From: a virus
Taxonomy: Duplodnaviria > Caudoviricetes
IMG/VR virus record: IMGVR_UViG_3300006092_000329
Location: 1,339 to 65,338 of that record
Length of the DNA: 64,000 nucleotides
Direction: 5' to 3' (one strand)
Position 1 is the stretch's first letter, and the number at the start of each line of letters is the position of its first letter. Below are positions 35,257 to 44,970 of the stretch, piece after piece. Both the position numbers and the translations under genes were made by a program. The notes under the pieces were generated by a model. That model saw only the letters and a program-made list of their open reading frames with translations. It did no database searches and was not told where the DNA came from.

Positions 35257-35726
35257 TATGCAAACTCCATGATCTCGTTGACCGCAGCACGCAGCGTCCG
35301 CTCGTTGTACCCGGCGTTCGGAAGGATGCGGTGAATGATTACGTCGATGGTCTTGGAATAGAGTCCCTCGAACTCATCCTCCTCCATGCTATCGAAGGAG
35401 ATCGACTTCGCCTCCAGACGGACCTCGCCCTTGATGTTGTAGGTCGCGTCGTAGTACCCGGCCAAGATGATCAAGTCCTTGCGGAAGCGATCCTTGTTCG
35501 GCATCACGTGAAGGCCGCGATACTCTTGCGGCTGGAGTCGCTCCGTCCACATATCGTAGGCAAGACCGACAAGCGCCCACCACTTGCGGAAGAACTGAGG
35601 GTTGCGCATCTTCTTGAAGTCGCCACGAAGGACGGCTCCAGCCTTGATGCGCTGGATGCGCTCCGCCGTCTCGTCGTCGGCGGCGACCAATTGACCGCCA
35701 CTGAGGCGGCGGAGCAGCATGTCCAT
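35256..35726 (-). CDS. DUF1367 family (NinB-like) protein
   Basis: RNPQFFRKWWAL, EAKSISFDSMEEDEFEGLY. Confidence 0.75.
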   Translation of the reverse strand: MDMLLRRLSGGQLVAADDETAERIQRIKAGAVLRGDFKKMRNPQFFRKWWALVGLAYDMWTERLQPQEYRGLHVMPNKDRFRKDLIILAGYYDATYNIKGEVRLEAKSISFDSMEEDEFEGLYSKTIDVIIHRILPNAGYNERTLRAAVNEIMEFA

Positions 35727-35728
35727 GA

Positions 35729-36199
35729 CTAGAACTTCTTGCCGTGCTTCGGAGGACGGGTCGCGTTGAACTGGTGCTTCAGCGCGATGGCACGACCGAG
35801 GTCGATGCCGCGACCGCCGCAGTAGTCGAAGATGCGGATCACGGTGTCGGCCATCTCGGCAGCGATGCTCGTGAGTTCAGGCACGTGGTCATCCATCAGC
35901 GGCAGGCCATCGACCGTCTTCTTGCGCAGCCCTTCGAGCGCCTCGGACAGTTCGGAGTGCATGAGAGCCAGCATCTCGCCGTCGTTGCGGTTCGGCTCCT
36001 CGACCAGCACGCGCAGCGCGTCCGAAAGCTCGGTGGACATATGCTGCTTCGGGTCTTCGAGACAGCGGGCGATGGTCTTGATGTGGTCCGGCAAGTCCCA
36101 GAACCCCTTCGCCTTGGTGAGCGAGTGGATTGCCGTGACTGCGGCGTTGATCTGTTCACGCATCTGCTGCGTGACGGGAATGTAGTTCGTCGTGGTCAT
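35729..36199 (-). CDS. MazG-like NTP pyrophosphohydrolase
   Basis: LALMHSELSEALE...AEMADTVIRIFD, KHQFNATRP. Confidence 0.8.
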   Translation of the reverse strand: MTTTNYIPVTQQMREQINAAVTAIHSLTKAKGFWDLPDHIKTIARCLEDPKQHMSTELSDALRVLVEEPNRNDGEMLALMHSELSEALEGLRKKTVDGLPLMDDHVPELTSIAAEMADTVIRIFDYCGGRGIDLGRAIALKHQFNATRPPKHGKKF

Positions 36200-37614
36200 T
36201 CTGGTGATCCCTTCATGTGAGAACGCTTGTCCTTCAGGTCATCGAAGCTGGACGTTTCGCCAACCCCGAGTTGCAATGGTTGCCAGTTCCTATCCATGTC
36301 ACTGAATCGTGTGAACCTCCCTTCAAACGCAGTGTAAAGAGTGCCGCTCGGGCCATCTCGATTCTTCCCGATGATGACCTCCGCGACTCCGGTGTTCGGT
36401 GTATCCGGGTTGTAGAACTCCTCCCGGTACAGGAACAAAACGATGTCGGCATCCTCCTCGACGGACCCCGATTCCTTCAGGTCGGCCATGACAGGGCGCT
36501 TGTTCATCTGCCTGTCAACGGCGCGATTGATCTGGCACAGGGCGATGACGGGGATGTTCAACTCCTTCGCCATCGCCTTCAGACCCTTGGTGATCGAGCC
36601 GATCTGCTCGTGGCGCTTCTCCCCCATGCCGGTCGCAAGGCCGATGTGATCGACCACTGCGTACCCGAGGCTACCAGCCTGACGCTTGGCCCTGCGCGCA
36701 ATCGCCCGCATCTGAGCAACCGTCAGCGCGGGACGCTCCTCGATGTACAGGTCTGCGTCCATGAGGCGTGACTCAGCTTCCTGCCAACGCTTCAGTGCGT
36801 ACTGGTCCAGAGTGCCTCTGCGAATGTCCATCATGTCGATCTCTGCGCGGTTGGCGATCATGCGCGAGGTCAACTGCTTGGCCGTCATCTCCATCTCGAA
36901 CACGACGCCGACCTCACCTTCCATGGTGGAGGCGTGCTCCGCGATCTGTAATGCGAGGGCAGTCTTGCCCATGGACGGGCGACCGGCGATGATGATCAAT
37001 TGTCCGGGGAAGAACCCGAGGGTCTTCAGATCAAGCTCTCGCAGGCCAGTGCGCATGCCCCACGCAGGACCGCCGCGCTCCATCCGATCTTGGATGTCAG
37101 CCTTCAGGGACGGGATGATCTCTGCCACCTTGGGAAGCTCGGCATCCACGTGGATCGCCCGCTCGGTGACGTGGAAGACCTTCTCCTCGTACTGCGCTGC
37201 GATCTGGGCGGCGGTCATGCCGGACGTTTGCGATGCCAGCGCGTGAGCCTCATCCGCCAGCGTCATGAGCGTGCGCCGCATGGCGCGGTCCTTCACGATC
37301 TGTGCGTAGCTACGGATGCCAGCGGCGGACGGCGTGTTCTGCGCCAGCCCATTCAGGTACGCCAGACCGCCAGCCTCGTCCTCGTTGCGCTCTGCTTGCA
37401 GCAACTCGAAGACGGTGATCACGTCAGCCCTGTGCCCCTTGGTGATCAGGCGAAGGATGGCGTTCCAGATGATGCGATGGTCGCGGCGATAGAAGTCCTG
37501 CTCCGCGATACGACCGGCCACCTTATCGAACGAATCGTTGTCCAGCAGCAGGCCACCAAGGACGGACTGCTCCGCTTCGACTGAGTGCGGAACGAACTCG
37601 CGCTCGCCGCTCAC
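36196..37614 (-). CDS. dnaB: Replicative DNA helicase DnaB
   Basis: PHSVEAEQSVLG, AGRPSMGKT, EMT, VDHI, LCQINR, DLKESGSVEEDAD, KNRDG. Confidence 0.97.
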   Translation of the reverse strand: MSGEREFVPHSVEAEQSVLGGLLLDNDSFDKVAGRIAEQDFYRRDHRIIWNAILRLITKGHRADVITVFELLQAERNEDEAGGLAYLNGLAQNTPSAAGIRSYAQIVKDRAMRRTLMTLADEAHALASQTSGMTAAQIAAQYEEKVFHVTERAIHVDAELPKVAEIIPSLKADIQDRMERGGPAWGMRTGLRELDLKTLGFFPGQLIIIAGRPSMGKTALALQIAEHASTMEGEVGVVFEMEMTAKQLTSRMIANRAEIDMMDIRRGTLDQYALKRWQEAESRLMDADLYIEERPALTVAQMRAIARRAKRQAGSLGYAVVDHIGLATGMGEKRHEQIGSITKGLKAMAKELNIPVIALCQINRAVDRQMNKRPVMADLKESGSVEEDADIVLFLYREEFYNPDTPNTGVAEVIIGKNRDGPSGTLYTAFEGRFTRFSDMDRNWQPLQLGVGETSSFDDLKDKRSHMKGSPE

Positions 37615-38468
37615 TTGCGCACCCCGCTGTACTTGTCTTCGAGAATCTTCACGAAGTTGGTGGGGTTCATGATCCAGTCGAGGTCAACGCGGAATGTCTC
37701 GTGCCCCTCGGAGCGAGGGACTTGGTTCGTCAGAAACTTCGAGCGCCCGCACACCTTGAAGAACAACCCCCAAGCCTCCAGCCCCTTGGTCCTCGGCTCC
37801 GGACCCTTGGCGAACTTGTCAAAGGGCTGGCAGTCCAGCAATCCGGAGTCCATCCATCGCGCTTGGATGTGCTTCTTGCGTGAGTCACTCATCGCCTTCA
37901 CCTTCGGGTTGTTCGGCATGTGCTGGTGATACAGGGCCACCAGTTCCGCGAAGGGTGTAGGTGTTATTGCTTCTGCTTCTGCTTCTGTATAGGTCGGAGA
38001 TGTCGGAGATGGGTCGGAACGTGTCGGAAATGTATCGGATTCGCCGCTAAGTCCTTGATTCGTATTGACACCGCCTGATCCGTAGTGAGACGAGATGCTG
38101 CGGTTCGAGCGGTCCCAATCCCGCTTGTAGGTGCGCCGGTCGTCCTCGTTCCGGATCGCCCGGTACTTGGCATAGTTCACGATCTGCCACCCAAAGGGGC
38201 GCGGCTCACCGTCCTCGTTGAGCAACGGCACGAGCCTGCGCCCGTCGTTGTCTGGCGTGCGACTGTACTTGTCCGGGGCCATCAACTGCTCGATGCCCTT
38301 GGTGACGAAGGCAAGATCACACCCGAGGCTCGCGGCCAGCTTCCCCGGAACGACATCCACGACACCCTTGTGATCCGCCAGCGCAAGCATGGACATGAAC
38401 ACGGTGAGTGCCTCGAACTGCCCGTACAGGGAGCCATCGAAGATCGAGCGAAACAGCTTGGTGTACAT
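37611..38468 (-). CDS. Phage replication initiation protein (lambda O-like position)
   Basis: 285 aa directly upstream of dnaB; N-terminal HTH-like region; C-terminal DLDWIMNPTNFVKILEDKY. Confidence 0.75.
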   Translation of the reverse strand: MYTKLFRSIFDGSLYGQFEALTVFMSMLALADHKGVVDVVPGKLAASLGCDLAFVTKGIEQLMAPDKYSRTPDNDGRRLVPLLNEDGEPRPFGWQIVNYAKYRAIRNEDDRRTYKRDWDRSNRSISSHYGSGGVNTNQGLSGESDTFPTRSDPSPTSPTYTEAEAEAITPTPFAELVALYHQHMPNNPKVKAMSDSRKKHIQARWMDSGLLDCQPFDKFAKGPEPRTKGLEAWGLFFKVCGRSKFLTNQVPRSEGHETFRVDLDWIMNPTNFVKILEDKYSGVRK

Positions 38469-38639
38469 CAGGTGATCTCCTCATTCGAGAACCCGAGGGA
38501 TCGAGCCAAGCAGTACCCGGCCACGAAGTCATCGACCGCCCGCTCGGTCTTGAACGGGTTCTCCGGGTACTGAGGGAGCCAAGGCCACGGCTGAGGCTTG
38601 TCGTAGTAGGCGCTCATGCCGACGATGAAGGCGGCGCGG

Positions 38640-38918
38640 CTACCACTTTCGACCGGCAAACTTACCCTCGGCAACAAGTCTTGCAACCGCACCTTGAAGC
38701 TCTCTTTGTACTCGTTGCGCGGCCTCGTCACCGTGGCGCTTGCGGACTCGCCTGACGATGGCGATTCCGGGTTCGTAGTTGTTGGCATTTCTTGCGGCGA
38801 AGACTGCATCGCAGAACTCCTTGAAATAAAGTCGAGGAGAACACGCTTGGTATGGCGCGTCCACATTGTCCCAATCAACGACATTGGGATCAGGTGGCTC
38901 GCTTGGTGCGCCTGCCAC
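38640..38918 (-). CDS. Hypothetical protein
   Basis: 92 aa between Cro-like gene and replication gene; competing frame present. Confidence 0.35.
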   Translation of the reverse strand: MAGAPSEPPDPNVVDWDNVDAPYQACSPRLYFKEFCDAVFAARNANNYEPGIAIVRRVRKRHGDEAAQRVQRELQGAVARLVAEGKFAGRKW

Positions 38919-39099
38919 GTACTACGCTTTCATGGAGTTGCGAAAGGGCAATGGCGTACTGGCCGTCACCCACCTTGCCGCCATTCTGGTAACGCGAGAT
39001 GTTCGGTTGCGGAATGCCTGTGCGCTCGCTGATCTTTTCTTGAGTCCAGCCTTTGCCGATCAAGTCCTTGATCATCTGCGCGAAGTTTGCGGTCTTCAT
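38890..39099 (-). CDS. Cro-like XRE helix-turn-helix regulator
   Basis: 69 aa from ATG 39099; GWTQEKISERTGIPQPNISRYQNG HTH. Confidence 0.85.
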   Translation of the reverse strand: MKTANFAQMIKDLIGKGWTQEKISERTGIPQPNISRYQNGGKVGDGQYAIALSQLHESVVRGRRTKRAT

Positions 39100-39126
39100 C
39101 CGTGCTCCCCGGTTTGGAAGGTCCGG

Positions 39127-39156
39127 AAGATAACCGACCTTGTATACAGCGGTCAA
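39127..39156 (-). promoter_or_regulatory. Leftward promoter (Cro/replication operon)
   Basis: TTGACC-N17/18-TTATCT/TATCTT. Confidence 0.55.
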
Positions 39157-39178
39157 TATCCTCTGGAAAATAAAGTGC

Positions 39179-39207
39179 TTGACAAACGATATTCGTTGCT
39201 GCATATT
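39179..39207 (+). promoter_or_regulatory. Rightward promoter (recombination operon)
   Basis: TTGACA-N17-CATATT, back-to-back with leftward promoter. Confidence 0.6.
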
Positions 39208-39237
39208 AGAGGCCGTCGCAACAATTCCATCCACCAA

Positions 39238-39510
39238 ATGAATTTCAGAGAAGTCACTCCGGTAGTAATCGGGATGCTGTTCGGGGCCATGCTCTACGCC
39301 AGCATCGAGAAGAACCGGAGTAACACAGATCACCAGCCGCAGCTTCCTTCACCGGACGCTAGTGGCGAAGTGAACCGGGCTTGGACCGAAGGCGTCCAGC
39401 ACGGAGCAAGACAGGTCGCAGCAAGGTGCGGCGATCTGAAGATGCAATTCAACCCAACCATTAACGTGAAGGAACTGAACTATGAACACCCCTCAAGCCA
39501 AAACCGCTGA
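39238..39510 (+). CDS. Hypothetical protein with hydrophobic N-terminus
   Basis: 90 aa from ATG 39238; no clear RBS. Confidence 0.3.
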   Translation: MNFREVTPVVIGMLFGAMLYASIEKNRSNTDHQPQLPSPDASGEVNRAWTEGVQHGARQVAARCGDLKMQFNPTINVKELNYEHPSSQNR

Positions 39511-40384
39511 CGCCTCCGACGTGCTGAACGCACTCAACTCCTCGGCGTCGTTCGACCACAACTTCATCTCCGGTGCCGTCAAGGAGGCGATGAAGGACGC
39601 CAAGGCCGGGTCCGGCGATCTGTGGAAGGTGCCGGTCAACGAGTTCCACATCCTGCCGGGGTTCAACCCGCGTCAGGAGTCGCCGGAGTACCTCGAACAC
39701 ATCGAGCAGATCGCCGCCTCGATCCTGTCGGAAGGCTTCTACCCCCACAAGCCCATCGCCGGGTACGTGGAGCGCGTCGATGGCAAGAACGTGATCGTCG
39801 TGACGGACGGCCACACCCGTCTCCGTGCCGCCAAGCTCGCCATGGAGCGCGGTGCCCAGATCGCCTCGCTGCCCACGGTCATCACCGCCAAGGGCACGAA
39901 CCGCGAAGACCTCACCATCGCTCTGGTGAAGTCCAATCAGGGCCGTCCGCTGACGATGCTGGAGACCGCCATCGTCTGCAAGCGCCTCATCTCCTACGGC
40001 ATGGAGGTCAAGGACATCGCTACCCGCCTGAACTACACGGCGGCGTATGTGAACCAACTCCTCTCCCTGCTGGAGTCGCCCAAGGAAATCCGCGACATGA
40101 TCGTCAAGGGCGAGATCAGCGCCACGACCGTCGCCGAGACGATCAAGAAGCACGGGCAGGAGGAGGCGGCGGCTCGCATCACCGCCGCCGCTGGCGACGC
40201 CAAGAAGAACGGCAAGAAGGTCACGGCCAAGAACCTGAAGGACAAGCCGAAGACCCAACCGTCCGGCCCGACCCCGAAGGCGCTGCTCGCCGAGATGGTG
40301 CGCTACGTCGAGGCGAACCCGAAGGCTGTCAGCGATGACATCCTGCGCGGCTGGTTCGAGGAAGCCAAGGCGCTCGTGGCGTGA
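39482..40384 (+). CDS. ParB/Srx-like domain protein
   Basis: ILPGFNPR, VTDGHTRLRA, N-x-GRPL, downstream HTH region. Confidence 0.8.
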   Translation: MNTPQAKTADASDVLNALNSSASFDHNFISGAVKEAMKDAKAGSGDLWKVPVNEFHILPGFNPRQESPEYLEHIEQIAASILSEGFYPHKPIAGYVERVDGKNVIVVTDGHTRLRAAKLAMERGAQIASLPTVITAKGTNREDLTIALVKSNQGRPLTMLETAIVCKRLISYGMEVKDIATRLNYTAAYVNQLLSLLESPKEIRDMIVKGEISATTVAETIKKHGQEEAAARITAAAGDAKKNGKKVTAKNLKDKPKTQPSGPTPKALLAEMVRYVEANPKAVSDDILRGWFEEAKALVA

Positions 40385-41148
40385 CCCGGCCCGCCCCATG
40401 GGGCGGTCTGAGCAAGTCCAACCTGAAGAAGTTCGAGGGCTGGCTGGTTGAACGTGGAGCGGAGTTACTCAAGCCAACGAATCGGTACGAGTTGCTCCGC
40501 TTCATAGCCAAGGGTGAAACGTGCGTCTTCTACACCAATGCGCAAGGTCGTATCACAGGCGTCCCGCCTGAGCCGTGCCGCGAAGCCTACGATGCGTTCC
40601 GCACGGGGGCTTCGTGGTCCGGCAACAGCGGGATCGCGCCGAAGCGCAAGGCCATGGGGAAGCACGTCAGCACCCTGCTCGAACGCGATGGGCAGCTTTG
40701 CTTCCTGTGCGGAGAACCTCTAGGTGACTCGACCACGGTCGATCATCTGGTGCGACGAGGCTCAGGCGGTCCCAATCACATTCACAACTTCGTGCTCATG
40801 CACCGGCTCTGCAACCAGCGGGCTGACGCAATGAGCGCCATGGAAAAAATCGCGGAGCACGTCGGCTGGCGTCTCCGCAAGTTCAAGGAGTGGCTCAAAC
40901 ATGGAACAGAATCAACTGGCCCCGTCCGCCTCGGCGTTTCAGGTGCCGTCCCTCTTGCTCCCGCAGGAGGAGATCATCAAGGCGATGCTGTCGAGCGTCT
41001 ATCCGGGAGCGTCCCCGGAGTCGGCGATGATGGTGCTGGCGTGGTGCAAGGCGCAGAACAAAGACCCGCTGAAGAAGCCGGTCCACATCGTCCCGATGAC
41101 GGTCAAGGAGAAGGACGCCAAGGGGAAGGTGCGCAACGTCAAGCGTGA
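40381..41148 (+). CDS. HNH endonuclease
   Basis: CFLCGEPL...TVDHLVRRGSGGPNHIHNFVLMHRLCN; 3' end overlaps bet by 248 nt. Confidence 0.75.
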   Translation: MTRPAPWGGLSKSNLKKFEGWLVERGAELLKPTNRYELLRFIAKGETCVFYTNAQGRITGVPPEPCREAYDAFRTGASWSGNSGIAPKRKAMGKHVSTLLERDGQLCFLCGEPLGDSTTVDHLVRRGSGGPNHIHNFVLMHRLCNQRADAMSAMEKIAEHVGWRLRKFKEWLKHGTESTGPVRLGVSGAVPLAPAGGDHQGDAVERLSGSVPGVGDDGAGVVQGAEQRPAEEAGPHRPDDGQGEGRQGEGAQRQA

Positions 41149-41932
41149 TGTCGTCATGCAGGGCATCGGCGATCTGCGCACCGACGCCGCCCGCACCGGG
41201 CAGTTCGCCGGTCTGGACGAAGCGCAGTGGGGTCCGGATGTCGAACTGACCCTCGGCGGCGAAGACAAGGAGGAGTGGGACGACAACGCTGGCGGCTACG
41301 TGAAGCGCGGCAAGTGGCCCACGGAAGTCATCCGCGTCCCGGAGTGGTGCTCGATCACCGTCTACCGCCTCGTCAACGGCGTGCGCTGCCCCTTCCCGTC
41401 TGGCCGGGTGTATTGGGAGGAGACCTATGCCACCGCTGGCGGCAAGACCTCCCTGCCGAACGAGATGTGGCGGAAGCGCCGTCGCGGCCAGCTTGAGAAG
41501 TGCGCCGAGGCTCTGGCCCTGCGCCGTGCTTTCCCGGAGTGCGGGGCTGGTCAGGTGCGCGAGGAGATGGAGGGCCGCATCCTCGACCTGTCTGGCGAGC
41601 AGTTCTCCGTGGTCAGCGAGCCGTTGGTGCCCATGCCGCAGGCTGCGGCGACCGCCAGCGCACCGCTGCCCGCCGCCGAACCCTCCGCCCCCGCCGCTCC
41701 GCCCGAGCCTGCTGGCGAGCCTGCCGCCCCTCCTCCTGCCGCCCCTCCGCCCAACGAAACGGCGAAGGCCGCTGAAGGCGAGGAGCGGAAGGCGTCAGCC
41801 GGTGAGATCGCCAACGTGAAGAAGCGCCTCGGCGACAAGCTCCCGGATTGCATGAAGGCTCTCGGGATCACGTGCTCCGTGGACGAGATCACGCTGTCGC
41901 AGTTCAAGGCCATGCGCGGCTGGAAGCCATGA
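40901..41932 (+). CDS. bet: Phage recombinase Bet/RecT family
   Basis: DPLKKPVHIVPM, RTDAARTGQFAG, W-x5-QLEKCAEALALRRAFPE; Pro/Ala linker. Confidence 0.88.
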   Translation: MEQNQLAPSASAFQVPSLLLPQEEIIKAMLSSVYPGASPESAMMVLAWCKAQNKDPLKKPVHIVPMTVKEKDAKGKVRNVKRDVVMQGIGDLRTDAARTGQFAGLDEAQWGPDVELTLGGEDKEEWDDNAGGYVKRGKWPTEVIRVPEWCSITVYRLVNGVRCPFPSGRVYWEETYATAGGKTSLPNEMWRKRRRGQLEKCAEALALRRAFPECGAGQVREEMEGRILDLSGEQFSVVSEPLVPMPQAAATASAPLPAAEPSAPAAPPEPAGEPAAPPPAAPPPNETAKAAEGEERKASAGEIANVKKRLGDKLPDCMKALGITCSVDEITLSQFKAMRGWKP

Positions 41933-42525
41933 GCCTCGCCTTCAACGACGAGCGGCACGAGTACCGCTACTCCGGGACCGTTGTTCCCGGAGTGACTTCC
42001 CTGATCGAGCGGGCATATGACTTCTCGAACGTGCCCGACTCGATCATGGAATACAAGTCCGCTCTCGGGAAGGCGGTCCACAAGGCGTGCGAACTCGAAG
42101 ACCTCGGCACGCTCGATGAGTCCACGGTCGCAACCGTGGTCCTCCCGTACCTCAGTGCCTATCGCAAGTTCAAGGCGGAGGCCGGATACATCGAGTGGCA
42201 CGGCATCGAGGAGCGCGTGTATCACCCGGTCCACCGCTATGCGGGGACTCTGGACCGGCGCGGGTGGATCGGTGGCGACTACGGCATCGCCGATCTGAAG
42301 ACCTCATCCACCGTCCACAAGGCGTGTGGCCTGCAACTCGCCGGGTACAAGGAGGCACACAAGGGCGACCCGGACCTGCACGTGAAGAAGCCCGACTGGA
42401 AGCGGTGGGTCATCCACCTGAAGCCGGACGGGAAGTACCAACTGGTTCCCTTCAACGATCCTATGGACTGGCCGACGTTCGTGTCGTGCCTGACGTGGGC
42501 AAACTGGAAAGCGAAAAATGGCTGA
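41929..42525 (+). CDS. PD-(D/E)xK exonuclease-like protein
   Basis: 198 aa; VPGVTS, GKAVH, YAGTLD, IADLKTS, QLAGY. Confidence 0.8.
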   Translation: MSLAFNDERHEYRYSGTVVPGVTSLIERAYDFSNVPDSIMEYKSALGKAVHKACELEDLGTLDESTVATVVLPYLSAYRKFKAEAGYIEWHGIEERVYHPVHRYAGTLDRRGWIGGDYGIADLKTSSTVHKACGLQLAGYKEAHKGDPDLHVKKPDWKRWVIHLKPDGKYQLVPFNDPMDWPTFVSCLTWANWKAKNG

Positions 42526-43369
42526 AACCATCACCATCGATTCCGCCCCTGCGGTGGCAATCGGAATGGAAGTAACCCGCCTCACTTCTGGCGGGGCAAT
42601 GGTCATCGATACGGATGATCTGCGGGAAATCGCTGTGGCTGACATCGCGTCCGCTCAGGCGATGATCAAGCGCAGCGAGGAGACTCGGACCTCCATCGTC
42701 CGCCCGCTCAACGAGACCGTGGCCCGGATCAATGCCCTGTTCAAACCGGGCGTCGAGTCTCTGGAGCGGTTCATCAGGGAGCAGAAGGCTTTCATCCTGA
42801 CCTACGATCAGGACAAGCAACGCAAGGCCGAGGCGGAGCGCCGCGCCCGTGAAGCCGCTCTGGCTCAGGAGCGCGCTCGCATGGAAGCCGAAGCCAAGGC
42901 CAAGGCCGACGAGGCTGCGCGCCGGGAGCGCGAGGAGCAGGAGGCCGCGCAGCGAGCGGAGCAACTCAGGGTCAGCGCCGAGATCGCCGCAGCGCAAGGC
43001 GACGGCAAAGCCGCTGAGACCGCCACCCAAGCCGCCATCGAGGAGGAGCGCAAGGCCGCTGAGGCTCGTGCTTCCCGCGAACTAGCGGAGGCTCAGGCCG
43101 CGTCCACGGCTGCTGCCGCCGCTATGGCGACAGCCCCGGTCCCCGCTGGATTGGCCCGCGCCAAGGGGACCACGAAGCGGTGGAAGTGGGAGGTCACGGA
43201 CAAGCTGGCCGCGATCAAGTTCATCGCCGCCAACCCTGCCTACCTCCACGTGGTAGAGATCGATTCCAAGGTGATGAACCAGATGGCGACCGCCATGAAG
43301 GACACCTTCCCGGTGGACGGCATCCGCGTCTACGCCGAGGCTGGACTCACTGTGCGGGGTGCGGCATGA
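42518..43369 (+). CDS. Coiled-coil protein of recombination module
   Basis: 283 aa with long Ala/Glu/Arg helix and small C-terminal domain. Confidence 0.7.
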   Translation: MAETITIDSAPAVAIGMEVTRLTSGGAMVIDTDDLREIAVADIASAQAMIKRSEETRTSIVRPLNETVARINALFKPGVESLERFIREQKAFILTYDQDKQRKAEAERRAREAALAQERARMEAEAKAKADEAARREREEQEAAQRAEQLRVSAEIAAAQGDGKAAETATQAAIEEERKAAEARASRELAEAQAASTAAAAAMATAPVPAGLARAKGTTKRWKWEVTDKLAAIKFIAANPAYLHVVEIDSKVMNQMATAMKDTFPVDGIRVYAEAGLTVRGAA

Positions 43370-43974
43370 AGAACTTCAAGTTCGGAACCTGCACCACGCC
43401 GGTCGGCAAGGCGGGCGGCTGGAAGATCGACGAGTTCGAGATCAGCGAGGAGGATGCTCGCCAGTTCAACATCGGGCTGATCATGAGTTTCTCCCACCAC
43501 ATGATGCGCGTCTCGGCGGGGAAGTACAAACGCCTGACGTTCATCGACGCCAAGGACGGGAAGCGTAAGGTCATGATGTCGAACACCCCGATGGAGGTCT
43601 TGACCAACCGCGAGGCTTACAACGCGGCAACCGGGGATGTCCTGATCAACGGCCTCGGCATGGGCATGCTGCTCGAAGCGATCCTCCACAAGCCGGATGT
43701 GCGCAGCGTCCGGGTGATCGAACGCGAGCAGGAGGTCATCGATCTGGTCGGCCCGCACTTCACTGATCCCCGCGTTCAGATCATCAAGGCAGACGCCATG
43801 GAGTACCACCCCAACAAGGGCGAGCACTTCAACTACGCATGGCACGACATCTGGCCCCGTATCACGGACGAAAACCTGCCCGAGATGGCGATCCTCGGCA
43901 GGCGCTACAACAAGCGCGTCGCCGATGCGCAGGGCCACTGGTGCCGGAACTTCATCCGGTCCTACTACCGCTGA
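43366..43974 (+). CDS. Class I SAM-binding protein (spermidine synthase-like fold)
   Basis: 202 aa; VLINGLGMG motif I, VIERE, IIKADA, WHDIWP. Confidence 0.75.
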   Translation: MKNFKFGTCTTPVGKAGGWKIDEFEISEEDARQFNIGLIMSFSHHMMRVSAGKYKRLTFIDAKDGKRKVMMSNTPMEVLTNREAYNAATGDVLINGLGMGMLLEAILHKPDVRSVRVIEREQEVIDLVGPHFTDPRVQIIKADAMEYHPNKGEHFNYAWHDIWPRITDENLPEMAILGRRYNKRVADAQGHWCRNFIRSYYR

Positions 43975-43987
43975 AAGGAGTCACTCG

Positions 43988-44473
43988 ATGTTCCAACAAC
44001 TGACCGTCTTGGGGTATTTGGGCAAAGACCCCGAGGTTCGCTACATGCCCAACGGAGACCCTGTGTGCTCGTTCTCCGTCGCCACCAGCCGCTCGTGGAA
44101 GGACAGGAACGGCGAGAAGCAGGAGGAGACCGAGTGGTTCATGGCTACCGTCTTCGGCAAGCTCGCCGACATCTGCGGCGAATACCTGAAGAAAGGCTCG
44201 CTCGCGCTGTTCACCGGGCGCATCAAGACCGAGAAGTGGGGGGACCGCGACGGCAACACGCGCTACACGCCCAAGTTCATCGTGGAGAACATGAAGATGG
44301 TCAGCACGAAGAACGACCGTGATGGTGGCGAGCGCCCCTCTCGCCAGCGAGACGAGGCTCCTGAGCGCAGGCAGGCTCCGGCACAGGGATCGTTCGACGA
44401 CGGCGGCGGCAAGCCGAAGTCTCCGCCTACGGGCGGCGGGTTCGATGACATGGACGACGACATCCCGTTCTAG
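43988..44473 (+). CDS. ssb: Single-stranded DNA-binding protein
   Basis: LGYLGKDPEVRYMPNG, ETEW, C-terminal DDMDDDIPF. Confidence 0.97.
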   Translation: MFQQLTVLGYLGKDPEVRYMPNGDPVCSFSVATSRSWKDRNGEKQEETEWFMATVFGKLADICGEYLKKGSLALFTGRIKTEKWGDRDGNTRYTPKFIVENMKMVSTKNDRDGGERPSRQRDEAPERRQAPAQGSFDDGGGKPKSPPTGGGFDDMDDDIPF

Positions 44474-44475
44474 CC

Positions 44476-44970
44476 ATGGGTCTCGACGTTCGATCCGAGC
44501 GCGGCCTCCTCAGCGTGAAGGACGAGGAGGAGGCTGTGCGCATCATCAGTGCGTACATGGGGGCGGACTACGTTCACACCCCGAAGAACGAGCCAGCGGA
44601 CATCGACGCCGTGCTCGTCGCCGGGTTCAAGGTGATAGCGGTCGCAGAAACGAAGTGTCGGTACGACATGGACTTGCAAATGTTCCAGAGGGTCAGGAAG
44701 TCGGAGTGGCTCATCAGCGCCGACAAGCTGACCAAGGGCTGCGAGATAGCGAAGCGCATCCGCGTTCCGTTTCTCGGGTTCCTGTACCTCGTGCAAGACC
44801 GCAAGGTGCTGGCGGTTCGCATCTCCGACCGCAACGGCGACTTGCTCCCACCGATTCGGATCGAACGAACAGAGACCGACGCAACAATTAACCAGCGAAA
44901 GCGGATCGTCAGGACGAACGCTTTCATCGACATGAGAGGTTGCAAGATATTCGAGGGAGGGCAACTATGA
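44476..44970 (+). CDS. PD-(D/E)xK endonuclease-like protein
   Basis: PADID...AVAETKCR catalytic pattern. Confidence 0.6.
   Translation: MGLDVRSERGLLSVKDEEEAVRIISAYMGADYVHTPKNEPADIDAVLVAGFKVIAVAETKCRYDMDLQMFQRVRKSEWLISADKLTKGCEIAKRIRVPFLGFLYLVQDRKVLAVRISDRNGDLLPPIRIERTETDATINQRKRIVRTNAFIDMRGCKIFEGGQL

Noticed and set aside
39482-40384. parABS plasmid-prophage partition system
   Set aside because: No ParA Walker ATPase and no parS repeats noticed; ParB-like domains are common stand-alone phage proteins
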